Shown here: in pieces, positions 14,301 through 26,310 of the stretch
How the letters are laid out: each line of letters starts with the position of its first letter
Numbering within the stretch: position 1 is the first letter of the stretch
Assembly: GCA_964247055.1 (NCBI GenBank)
Contig: OZ176052.1
Coordinates: 13,950,001-14,014,000 of the forward strand
Reading direction: 5' to 3'
DNA: 64,000 nt
DNA from: Paragordius varius
Lineage: Eukaryota; Animalia; Nematomorpha
Position numbers and translations under genes: made by a program
The notes under the pieces: generated by a model
The model's database searches: none
Told to the model about the DNA's origin: nothing
Seen by the model: the letters and a program-made list of their open reading frames with translations, nothing else

Positions 14301-17300
14301 GATGATGGAACAACCATAGGGCTACCCAAAAAAATTATGGCGACATCACCTGATCAAATTTGGATTTTAGGTAGCCATTTTTATTTTTAAAATCGTATAA
14401 AATAAATTTTTTAAATATTTAAAAAATTCATAAAAATTACATTTATAGTCTGATCCCCAAAATATTTGGGGTGATGATGGAATTACCATAGGGCTACCCA
14501 AAAAAAATTATGGTGACATCACCTGATCAAATTTGGATTTTAGGGAGCCATTTTTATTTTTAAAATCGTATAAAATAAATTTTTTAAATATTTAAAAAAT
14601 TCATAAAAATTACATTTATAGTCCGATCCCCAAAATATTTGAGGTGATGATGGAACAACCATAGGGCTACCCAAAAAAATTATGGCGACATCACCTGATC
14701 AAATTTGGATTTTAGGTAGCCATTTTTATTTTTAAAATCGTATAAAATAAATTTTTTAAATATTTAAAAAATTCATAAAAATTACATTTATACTCCGATC
14801 TCGAAAATATTTGGGGTGATGATGGAACTACCATAGGGCTACCCAAAAAAAATTATAGTGACATCACCTGATCAAATTTGGATTTTAGGTAACCATTTTT
14901 ATTTTTAATATCGTATAAAATAAATTTTTTAAATATTTAAAAAATTCATAAAAATTACATTTATACTCCGATCTCAATATTTGGAGTGATGATGGAACTA
15001 CCATAGGGCTACCCAAAAAAAATTATAGTGACATCACCTGATCAAATTTGGATTTTAGGTAGTCATTTTTATTTTTAAAATCGTATAAAATAAATTTTTT
15101 AAATATTTAAAAAATTCATAAAAGTTACATTTATACTCCGATCTCGAAAATATTTGGGGTGATGATGGAACTACCATAGGGCTACCCAAAAAAAATTATA
15201 GTGACATCACCTGATCAAATTTGGATTTTAGGTAGCCATTTTTATTTTTAAAATCGTATAAAATAAATTTTTTAAATATTTAAAAAATTCAAAAAAATTT
15301 CATTTATACTCCGATCTCGACAATATTTGGGGTGATGATGGAATTACCATAGGGCTACCCAAAAAAATTATGGTGACATCACCTGATCAAATTTGGATTT
15401 TAGGTAGCCATTTTTATTTTTAAAATCGTATAAAATAAATTTTTTAAATATTTAAAAAATTCATAAAAATTACATTTATACTCCGATCTCGAAAATATTT
15501 GGGGTGATGATGGAACTACCATAGGGCTACCCAAAAAAAATTATAGTGACATCACCTGATCAAATTTGGATTTTAGGTAACCATTTTTATTTTTAATATC
15601 GTATAAAATAAATTTTTTAAATATTTAAAAAATTCAAAAAAATTTCATTTATACTCCGATCTCGACAATATTTGGGGTGATGATGGAATTACCATAGGGC
15701 TACCCAAAAAAATTATGGTGACATCACCTGATCAAATTTGGATTTTAGGTAGTCATTTTTATTTTTAAAATCGTATAAAATAAATTTTTTAAATATTTAA
15801 AAAATTCATAAAAATTACATTTATACTCCGATCTCGAAAATATTTGGGGTGATGATGGAACTACCATAGGGCTACCCAAAAAAATTATGGTGACATCACC
15901 TGATCAAATTTGGATTTTAGGTAGCCATTTTTATTTTTAAAATCGTATAAAATAAATTTTTTAAATATTTAAAAAATTCATAAAAATTACATTTATAGTC
16001 CGATCCCCAAAATATTTGGGGTGATGATGGAACTACCATAGGGCTACCCAAAAAAAATTATGGCGACATCACCTGATCAAATTTGGATTTTAGGTAGCCA
16101 TTTTTATTTTTATAATCGTATAAAATAAATTTTTTAAATGTTTAAAAAATTCATAAAAATTACATTTATACTCCGATCTCGAAAATATTTGGGGTGATAA
16201 TGGAACTACCATAGGGCTACCCAAAATAAATTATAGTGACATCACCTGATCAAATTTGGATTTTAGGTAGCCATTTTTATTTTTAAAATCGTATAAAATA
16301 AATTTTTTAAATATTTAAAAAATTCATAAAAATTACATTTATACTCCGATCTCGACAATATTTGGGGTGATGATGGAACTACCATAGGGCTACCCAAAAA
16401 AAATTATAGTGACATCACCTGATCAAATTTGGATTTTAGGTAGCGATTTTTATTTTTAAAATCGTATAAAATAAATTTTTTAAATATTTAAAAAATTCAT
16501 AAAAATTACATTTATACTCCGATCTCGAAAATATTTGGGGTGATGATGGAACTACCATAGCGCTACCCAAAAAAAATTATAGTGACATCACCTGATCAAA
16601 TTTGGATTTTAGGTAGCCATAATTATCTAAAACTCGTATAAAATAATTTTTTTAAATATTTAAAAAATTCATAAAAATTACATTTATAGTCCGATCCCCA
16701 AAATATTTGGGGTGATGATGGAACTACCATAGGGCTACCCAAAAAAAATTATAGTGACATCACCTGATCAAATTTGGATTTTAGGTAGCCATTTTTATTT
16801 TTATAATCGTATAAAATAAATTTTTTAAATATTTAAAAAATTCATAAAAATTACATTTATACTCCGATCTCGAAAATATTTGGGGTGATGATGGAACTAC
16901 CATAGGGCTACCCAAAAAAAATTATAGTGACATCACCTGATCAAATTTGGATTTTAGGTAGTCATTTTTATTTTTAAAATCGTATAAAATAAATTTTTTA
17001 AATATTTAAAAAATTCATAAAAATTACATTTATACTCCGATCTCGAAAATATTTGGGGTGATGATGGAACTACCATAGGGCTACCCAAAAAAAATTATAG
17101 TGACATCACCTGATCAAATTTGGATTTTAGGTAACCATTTTTATTTTTAAAATCGTATAAAATAAATTTTTTAAATATTTAAAAAATTCATAAAAATTAC
17201 ATTTATAGTCCGATCCCCAAAATATTTGGGGTGATGATGGAACTACCATAGGGCTACCCAAAAAAAATTATAGTGACATCACCTGATCAAATTTGGATTT

Positions 17301-18900
17301 TAGGTAGCCATTTTTATTTTTATAATCGTATAAAATAAATTTTTTAAATATTTAAAAAATTCATAAAAATTACATTTATACTCCGATCTCGAAAATATTT
17401 GGGGTGATAATGGAACTACCATAGGGCTACCCAAAATAAATTATAGTGACATCACCTGATCAAATTTGGATTTTAGGTAGCCATTTTTATTTTTAAAATC
17501 GTATAAAATAAATTTTTTAAATATTTAAAAAATTCATAAAAATTACATTTATACTCCGATCTCGACAATATTTGGGGTGATGATGGAACTACCATAGGGC
17601 TACCCAAAAAAAATTATAGTGACATCACCTGATCAAATTTGGATTTTAGGTAGCGATTTTTATTTTTAAAATCGTATAAAATAAATTTTTTAAATATTTA
17701 AAAAATTCATAAAAATTACATTTATACTCCGATCTCGAAAATATTTGGGGTGATGATGGAACTACCATAGCGCTACCCAAAAAAAATTATAGTGACATCA
17801 CCTGATCAAATTTGGATTTTAGGTAGCCATAATTATCTAAAACTCGTATAAAATAATTTTTTTAAATATTTAAAAAATTCATAAAAATTACATTTATAGT
17901 CCGATCCCCAAAATATTTGGGGTGATGATGGAACTACCATAGGGCTACCCAAAAAAAATTATAGTGACATCACCTGATCAAATTTGGATTTTAGGTACCC
18001 ATTTTTATTTTTAAAATCGTATAAAATAAATTTTTTAAATATTTAAAAAATTCATAAAAATTACATTTATACTCCGATCTCGACAATATTTGGGGTGATG
18101 ATGGAACTACCATAGGGCTACCCAAAAAAAATTATAGTGACATCACCTGATCAAATTTGGATTTTAGGTAGCCATTTTTATTTTTATAATCGTATAAAAT
18201 AAATTTTTTAAATATTTAAAAAATTCATAAAAATTACATTTATAGTCCGATCCCCAAAATATTTGGGGTGATGATGGAACTACCATAGGGCTACGCAAAA
18301 AAAATTATGGCGACATCACCTGATCAAATTTGGATTTTAGGTAGCCATTTTTATTTTTAAAATCGTATAAAATAAATTTTTTAAATATTTAAAAAATTCT
18401 AAAAAATTACATTTATACTCCGATCTCGAAAATATTTGGGGTGATGATGGAACTACCATAGGGCTACCCAAAAAATATTATGGCGACATCACCTGATCAA
18501 ATTTGGATTTTAGGTAGCCATTTTTATTTTTAAAATCGTATAAAATAAATTTCTTAAATATTTAAAAAATTCATAAAAATTACATTTATACTCCGATCTC
18601 GACAATATTTGGGGTGATGATGGAACTACCATAGGGCTACCCAAAAAAAATTATAGTGACATCACCTGATCAAATTTGGATTTTAGGTAGCGATTTTTAT
18701 TTTTAAAATCGTATAAAATAAATTTTTTAAATATTTAAAAAATTCATAAAAATTACATTTATACTCCGATCTCGAAAATATTTGGGGTGATGATGGAACT
18801 ACCATAGCGCTACCCAAAAAAAATTATAGTGACATCACCTGATCAAATTTGGATTTTAGGTAGCCATAATTATCTAAAACTCGTATAAAATAATTTTTTT
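8400..18900. repeat. Nested HOR domain: 7-mer duplications (1210 bp) inside 18-22-monomer super-units
   Basis: Marker ccataattatctaaaactcg at 9716/10926, 12822/14032, 16617/17827 and 18864. Marker ctcaatatttggag at 8417, 11867 and 14973. Confidence 0.85.
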
Positions 18901-21900
18901 AAATATTTAAAAAATTCATAAAAATTACATTTATAGTCCGATCCCCAAAATATTTGGGGTGATGATGGAACTACCATAGGGCTACCCAAAAAAAATTATA
19001 GTGACATCACCTGATCAAATTTGGATTTTAGGTAGCCATTTTTATTTTTAAAATCGTATAAAATAAATTTTTTAAATATTTAAAAAATTCATAAAAATTA
19101 CATTTATACTCCGATCTCGACAATATTTGGGGTGATGATGGAACTACCATAGGGCTACCCAAAAAAAATTATAGTGACATCACCTGATCAAATTTGGATT
19201 TTAGGTAGCCATTTTTATTTTTAAAATCGTATAAAATAAATTTTTTAAATATTTAAAAAATTCATAAAAATTACATTTATAGTCCGATCCCCAAAATATT
19301 TGGGGTGATGATGGAACAACCATAGGGCTACGCAAAAAAAATTATGGCGACATCACCTGATCAAATTTGGATTTTAGGTAGCCATTTTTATTTTTAAAAT
19401 CGTATAAAATAAATTTTTTAAATATTTAAAAAATTCTAAAAAATTACATTTATACTCCGATCTCGAAAATATTTAGGGTGATGATGGAACTACCATAGGG
19501 CTACCCAAAAAAAATTATGGCGACATCACCTGATCAAATTTGGATTTTAGGTAGCGATTTTTATTTTTAAAATCATATAAAATAAATTTTTTAAATATTT
19601 AAAAAATTCATAAAAATTACATTTATACTCCGATCTCGAAAATATTTGGGGTGATGATGGAACTACCATAGGGCTACCCAAAATAAAATATAGTGACATC
19701 ACCTGATCAAATTTGGATTTTAGGTAGCCATTTTTATTTTTAAAATCGTATAAAATAAATTTTTAAATATTTAAAAAATTCATAAAAATTACATTTATAG
19801 TCCGATCCCCAAAATATTTGGGGTGATGATGGAACTACCATAGGGCTACCCAAAAAAAATTATAGTGACATCACCTGATCAAATTTGGATTTTAGGTAGC
19901 CATTTTTATTTTTAAAATCGTATAAAATAAATTTTTTAAATATTTAAAAAATTCATAAAAATTACATTTATAGTCCGATCTCGAAAATATTTGGGGTGAT
20001 GATGGAACTACCATAGGGCTACCCAAAAAAAATTATGGCGACATCACCTGATCAAATTTGGATTTTAGGTAGCCATTTTTATTTTTTAAATCGTATAAAA
20101 TAAATTTTTTAAATATTTAAAAAATTCATAAAAATTACATTTATACTCCGATCTCGAAAATATTTGGGGTGATGATGGAACTACCATAGGGCTACCCAAA
20201 AAAAATTATAGTGACATCACCTGATCAAATTTGGATTTTAGGTAGCCATTTTTATTTTTAAAATCGTATAAAATAAATTTTTTAAATATTTAAAAAATTC
20301 ATAAAAATTACATTTATAGTCCGATCCCCAAAATATTTGGGGTGATGATGGAACTACCATAGGGCTACCCAAAAAAAATTATGGCGACATCACCTGATCA
20401 AATTTGGATTTTAGGTAGCCATTTTTATTTTGAAAATCGTATAAAATAAATTTTTTAAATATTTAAAAAATTCAAAAAAATTACATTTATACTTCGATCT
20501 CGAAAATATTTGGGGTGATGATGGAACTACCATAGGGCTACCCAAAAAAATTATAGTGACATCACCTTATCAAATTTGGATTTTAGGTAGCCATTTTTAT
20601 TTTTAAAATCGTATAAAATAAATATTTTAAATATTTAAAAAATTCATAAAAATTACATTTATACTCCGATCTCGAAAATATTTGGGGTGATGATGGAACT
20701 ACCATAGGGCTACCCAAAAAAAATTATGGTGACATCACCTGATCAAATTTGGATTTTAGGTAGCCATTTTTACTTTTAAAATCGTATAAAATAAATTTTT
20801 TAAATATTTATAAAATTCATAAAAGTTACATTTATAGTCCGATCCACAAAATATTTGTGGTGATGATGGAACTACCATAGGGCTACCCAAAAAAAATTAT
20901 GGTGACATCACCTTATCAAATTTGGATTTTAGGTAGCCATTTTTATTTTTAAAATCGTATAAAATAAATTTTTTAAATATTTATAAAATTCATAAAAATT
21001 ACATTTATAGTCCGATCCCCAAAATATTTGGGGTGATGATGGAACTACCATAGGGCTACCCAAAAAAAATTATGGTGACATCACCTGATCAAATTTGGAT
21101 TTTAGGTAGCCATTTTTATTTTTAAAATCGTATAAAATAAATTTTTTAAATATTTAAAAAATTCATAAAAATTACATTTATAGTTTATCTCGAAAATATT
21201 TGGGGTGATGATGGAACTACCATAGGGCTACCCAAAAAAAATTATGGTGACATCACCTGATCAAATTTGGATTTTAGGTAGCCATTTTTATTTTTAAAAT
21301 CGTATAAAATAAATTTTTTAAATATTTAAAAAATTCATAAAAATTACATTTATAGTCCGATCCCCAAAATATTTGGGGTGATGATGGAACTACCATAGGG
21401 CTACCCAAAAAAAATTATGGTGACATCACCTGATCAAATTTGGATTTTAGGTAGCCATTTTTATTTTTAAAATCGTATAAAATAAATTTTTTAAATATTT
21501 AAAAAATTCAAAAAAATTACATTTATACTCCGATCTCGACAATATTTGGGGTGATGATGAAATTACCATAGGGCTACCCAAAAAAAATTATGGTGACATC
21601 ACCTGATCAAATTTGGATTTTAGGTAGCCATTTTTATTTTTAAAATCGTATAAAATAAATTTTTTAAATATTCAAAAAATTCATAAAATTACATTTATAC
21701 TCCGATCTCGAAAATATTTGGGGTGATGATGGAACTACCATAGGGCTACCCAAAAAAAATTATGGTGACATCACCTGATCAAATTTGGATTTTAGGTAGC
21801 CATTTTTATTTTTAAAATCGTATAAAATAAATTTTTTAAATATTTAAAAAATTCATAAAAATTACATTTATACTCCGATCTCGAAAATATTTGGGGTGAT

Positions 21901-24900
21901 GATGGAACTACCATAGGGCTACCCAAAAAAAATTATGGTGACATCACCTGATCAAATTTGGATTTTAGGTAGCCATTTTTACTTTTAAAATCGTATAAAA
22001 TAAATTTTTTAAATATTTAAAAAATTCATAAAAGTTACATTTATAGTCCGATCCACAAAATATTTGTGGTGATGATGGAACTACCATAGGGCTACCCAAA
22101 AAAAATTATGGTGACATCACCTGATCAAATTTGGATTTTAGGTAGCCATTTTTATTTTTAAAATCGTATAAAATAAATTTTTTAAATATTTAAAAAATTC
22201 AAAAAAATTACATTTATACTCCGATCTCGACAATATTTGGGGTGATGATGGAATTACCATAGGGCTACCCAAAAAAAATTATGGTGACATCACCTGATCA
22301 AATTTGGATTTTAGGTAGCCATTTTTATTTTTAAAATCGTATAAAATAAATTTTTTAAATATTCAAAAAATTCATAAAATTACATTTATACTCCGATCTC
22401 GAAAATATTTGGGGTGATGATGGAACTACCATAGGGCTACCCAAAAAAAATTATGGTGACATCACCTGATCAAATTTGGATTTTAGGTAGCCATTTTTAT
22501 TTTTAAAATCGTATAAAATAAATTTTTTAAATATTCAAAAAATTCATAAAATTACATTTATACTCCGATCTCGAAAATATTTGGGGTGATGATGGAACTA
22601 CCATAGGGCTACCCAAAAAAAATTATGGTGACATCACCTGATCAAATTTGGATTTTAGGTAGCCATTTTTATTTTTAAAATCGTATAAAATAAATTTTTT
22701 AAATATTTAAAAAATTCATAAAAATTACATTTATACTCCGATCTCGAAAATATTTGGGGTGATGATGGAACTACCATAGGGCTACCCAAAAAAAATTATG
22801 GTGACATCACCTGATCAAATTTGGATTTTAGGTAGCCATTTTTACTTTTAAAATCGTATAAAATAAATTTTTTAAATATTTAAAAAATTCATAAAAGTTA
22901 CATTTATAGTCCGATCCACAAAATATTTGTGGTGATGATGGAACTACCATAGGGCTACCCAAAAAAAATTATGGTGACATCACCTTATCAAATTTGGATT
23001 TTAGGTAGCCATTTTTATTTTTAAAATCGTATAAAATAAATTTTTTAAATATTTAAAAAATTCATAAAAATTACATTTATACTCCGATCTCGAAAATATT
23101 TGGGGTGAGGATGGAACTACCATAGCGCTACCCAAAAAAAATTATAGTGACATCACCTGATCAAATTTGGATTTTAGGTAGCCATAATTATCTAAAACTC
23201 GTATAAAATAATTTTTTTAAATATTTAAAAAATTCATAAAAATTACATTTATAGTCCGATCCCCAAAATATTTGGGGTGATGATGGAACTACCATAGGGC
23301 TACCCAAAAAAAATTATAGTGACATCACCTGATCAAATTTGGATTTTAGGTAGCCATTTTTATTTTTAAAATCGTATAAAATAAATTTTTTAAATATTTA
23401 AAAAATTCATAAAAATTACATTTATACTCCGATCTCGACAATATTTGGGGTGATGATGGAACTACCATAGGGCTACCCAAAAAAAATTATAGTGACATCA
23501 CCTGATCAAATTTGGATTTTAGGTAGCCATTTTTATTTTTAAAATCGTATAAAATAAATTTTTTAAATATTTAAAAAATTCATAAAAATTACATTTATAG
23601 TCCGATCCCCAAAATATTTGGGGTGATGATGGAACAACCATAGGGCTACGCAAAAAAAATTATGGCGACATCACCTGATCAAATTTGGATTTTGGGTAGC
23701 CATTTTTATTTTTAAAATCGTATAAAATAAATTTTTTAAATATTTAAAAAATTCTAAAAAATTACATTTATACTCCGATCTCGAAAATATTTGGGGTGAT
23801 GATGGAACTACCATAGGGCTACCCAAAAAAAATTATGGCGACATCACCTGATCAAATTTGGATTTTAGGTAGCGATTTTTATTTTTAAAATCATATAAAA
23901 TAAATTTTTTAAATATTTAAAAAATTCATAAAAATTACATTTATACTCCGATCTCGAAAATATTTGGGGTGATGATGGAACTACCATAGGGCTACCCAAA
24001 ATAAAATATAGTGACATCACCTGATCAAATTTGGATTTTAGGTAGCCATTTTTATTTTTAAAATCGTATAAAATAAATTTTTAAATATTTAAAAAATTCA
24101 TAAAAATTACATTTATAGTCCGATCCCCAAAATATTTGGGGTGATGATGGAATTACCATAGGGCTACCCAAAAAAAATTATGGTGACATCACCTGATCAA
24201 ATTTGGATTTTAGGTAGCCATTTTTATTTTTAATATCGTATAAAATAAATTTTTTAAATATTTAAAAAATTCATAAAAATTACATTATTAGTCCGATCCC
24301 CAAAATATTTGAGGTGATGATGGAACAACCATAGGGCTACGCAAAAAAAATTATGGCGACATCACCTGATCAAATTTGGATTTTAGGTAGCCATTTTTAT
24401 TTTTAAAATCGTATAAAATAAATTTTTTAAATATTTAAAAAATTCAAAAAAATTACATTTATACTCCGATCTCGAAAATATTTGGGGTGATGATGGAACT
24501 ACCATAGGGCTACCCAAAATAAATTATGGCGACATCACCTGATCAAATTTGGATTTTAGGTAGCCATTTTTATTTATAAAATCGTATAAAATAAATTTTT
24601 TAAATATTTAAAAAATTCATAAAAATTACATTTATACTCCGATCTCGACAATATTTGGGGTGATGATGGAACTACCATAGGGCTACCCAAAAAAAAATTA
24701 TAGTGACATCACCTGATCAAATTTGGATTTTAGGTAGCCATTTTTATTTTTAAAATCGTATAAAATAAATTTTTTAAATATTTAAAAAATTCATAAAAAT
24801 TACATTTACAGTCCGATCCCCAAAATATTTGGGGTGATGATGGAACAACCATAGGGCTACGCAAAAAAAATTATGGCGACATCACCTGATCAAATTTGGA

Positions 24901-25940
24901 TTTTAGGTAGCCATTTTTATTTTTAAAATCGTATAAAATAAATTTTTTAAATATTTAAAAAATTCTAAAAAATTACATTTATACTCCGATCTCGAAAATA
25001 TTTGGGGTGATGATGGAACTACCATAGGGCTACCCAAAAAAAATTATGGCGACATCACCTGATCAAATTTGGATTTTAGATAGCCATTTTTATTTTTAAA
25101 ATCGTATAAAATAAATTTTTTAAATATTTAAAAAATTCATAAAAATTACATTTATAGTCCCATCCCCAAAATATTTGGGGTGATGATGGAATTACCATAG
25201 GGCTACCCAAAAAAAATTATGGTGACATCACCTGATCAAATTTGGATTTTAGGTAGCCATTTTTATTTTTAATATCGTATAAAATAAATTTTTTAAATAT
25301 TTAAAAAATTCATAAAAATTACATTTATAGTCCGATCCCCAAAATATTTGAGGTGATGATGGAACAACCATAGGGCTACGCAAAAAAAATTATGGCGACA
25401 TCACCTGATCAAATTTGGATTTTAGGTAGCCATTTTTATTTTTAAAATCGTATAAAATAAATTTTTTAAATATTTAAAAAATTCAAAAAAATTACATTTA
25501 TACTCCGATCTCGAAAATATTTGGGGTGATGATGGAACTACCATAGGGCTACCCAAAAAAAATTATGGCGACATCACCTGATCAAATTTGGATTTTAGGT
25601 AGCCATTTTTATTTTTAAAATCGTATAAAATAAATTTTTTAAATATTTAAAAAATTCATAAAAATTACATTTATACTCCGATCTCGAAAATATTTGGGGT
25701 GATGATGGAACTACCATAGGGCTACCCAAAAAAAATTATAGTGACATCACCTGATCAAATTTGGATTTTAGGTAGCCATTTTTATTTTTAAAATCGTATA
25801 AAATAAATTTTTTAAATATTTAAAAAATTCATAAAAATTACATTTATAGTCCGATCCTCAAAATATTTGGGGTGATGATGGAACCATAGGGCTACGCAAA
25901 ATAAATTATGGCGACATCACCTGATCAAATTTGGATTTTA

Positions 25941-25945
25941 GGTAG
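25941..25945 (+). other. Left target-site duplication GGTAG
   Basis: tttta GGTAG|TGTTA. The satellite reads ttttaGGTAGccatt, and GGTAG occurs on both sides of the element. Confidence 0.95.
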
Positions 25946-26075
25946 TGTTATGTATAATAACTTATTTGTTTTTGTTAACTTAACTCAATTAATCTTATTT
26001 TAGTTACCTTTGAAAATATAATTTGTGCATAATACACCTTTATACTTGTTACGCTAAAAATGTATATTATCTTGG

Positions 26076-26185
26076 TTGTGAATGCTTTTACCTAAATAAT
26101 GTAATATTGAACCTTATGCAAATATATAACTTGTGAATGCTTTCATCTAAATATTGAAATATTTAACCTTATGCAAAAATGCAAC
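26076..26185 (+). repeat. Diverged 2 x 55-bp tandem duplication in the LTR (putative U3); also present in the 3' LTR
   Basis: TTGTGAATGC starts at 26076 and 26131; 47/55 identical by manual alignment. Confidence 0.9.
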
Positions 26186-26198
26186 CTCGCTCTAAAAC

Positions 26199-26207
26199 TA
26201 TATATAA
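26199..26207 (+). promoter_or_regulatory. Candidate TATA box in the 5' LTR
   Basis: TATATATAA about 55 nt before the LTR end. The position is plausible, but the AT-rich background makes chance matches easy. Confidence 0.45.
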
Positions 26208-26264
26208 TGGAACATAGTTTTTTTATGAGAAAAAAATAAATTCCTTTTTTCCACTTATTACATT

Positions 26265-26275
26265 TGACGCGGTCG
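26265..26275 (+). promoter_or_regulatory. Putative degenerate primer-binding site (tRNA-Ser-like)
   Basis: TGACGCGGTCG starts 2 nt after the 5' LTR. It matches 9/11 to TGGCGCAGTCG, which I recall as the tRNA-Ser PBS of insect 17.6/297-type elements. It lacks the canonical TGG. Confidence 0.5.
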
Positions 26276-26310
26276 ATTTTTGTTTTTTGTATTACGTTGT
26301 ATTCATTATT

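Larger units (their letters stand above)
1..25945. repeat. Satellite DNA array (left arm), 173-bp AT-rich monomer, about 150 head-to-tail copies, runs off the window start
   Basis: ATGG(C/T)GAC/ATAGTGAC anchor recurs at 8, 181, 354, 527 (period 173). Consensus: atggtgacatcacctgatcaaatttggattttaggtagccatttttatttttaaaatcgtataaaataaattttttaaatatttaaaaaattcataaaaattacatttatactccgatctcgaaaatatttggggtgatgatggaactaccatagggctacccaaaaaaaatt. Monomers differ by only a few substitutions or 1-3 bp indels. Confidence 0.99.
25946..26262 (+). repeat. 5' LTR, 317 bp
   Basis: Starts TGTTATGTATAATAAC and ends CCACTTATTACA. Direct repeat of 30302-30617. Confidence 0.97.

Noticed and set aside
1-25945. Origin of the monomer from DINE-1/Helentron central repeats or a MITE, or identity with a named insect satellite
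   Set aside because: Only a vague resemblance of short motifs (tagtccgatc, aaatttgg) from memory. It needs a Dfam, Repbase or BLAST search, so no species or family name is claimed.
26206-26217. LTR atggaacatag resembling satellite atggaac(tac)catag
   Set aside because: About 11 nt in AT-rich DNA with no extension, so compatible with chance.
26287-26310. TTG start for ORF1 as given in the track
   Set aside because: The context is eukaryotic, so the in-frame ATG at 26311 is the more plausible start.
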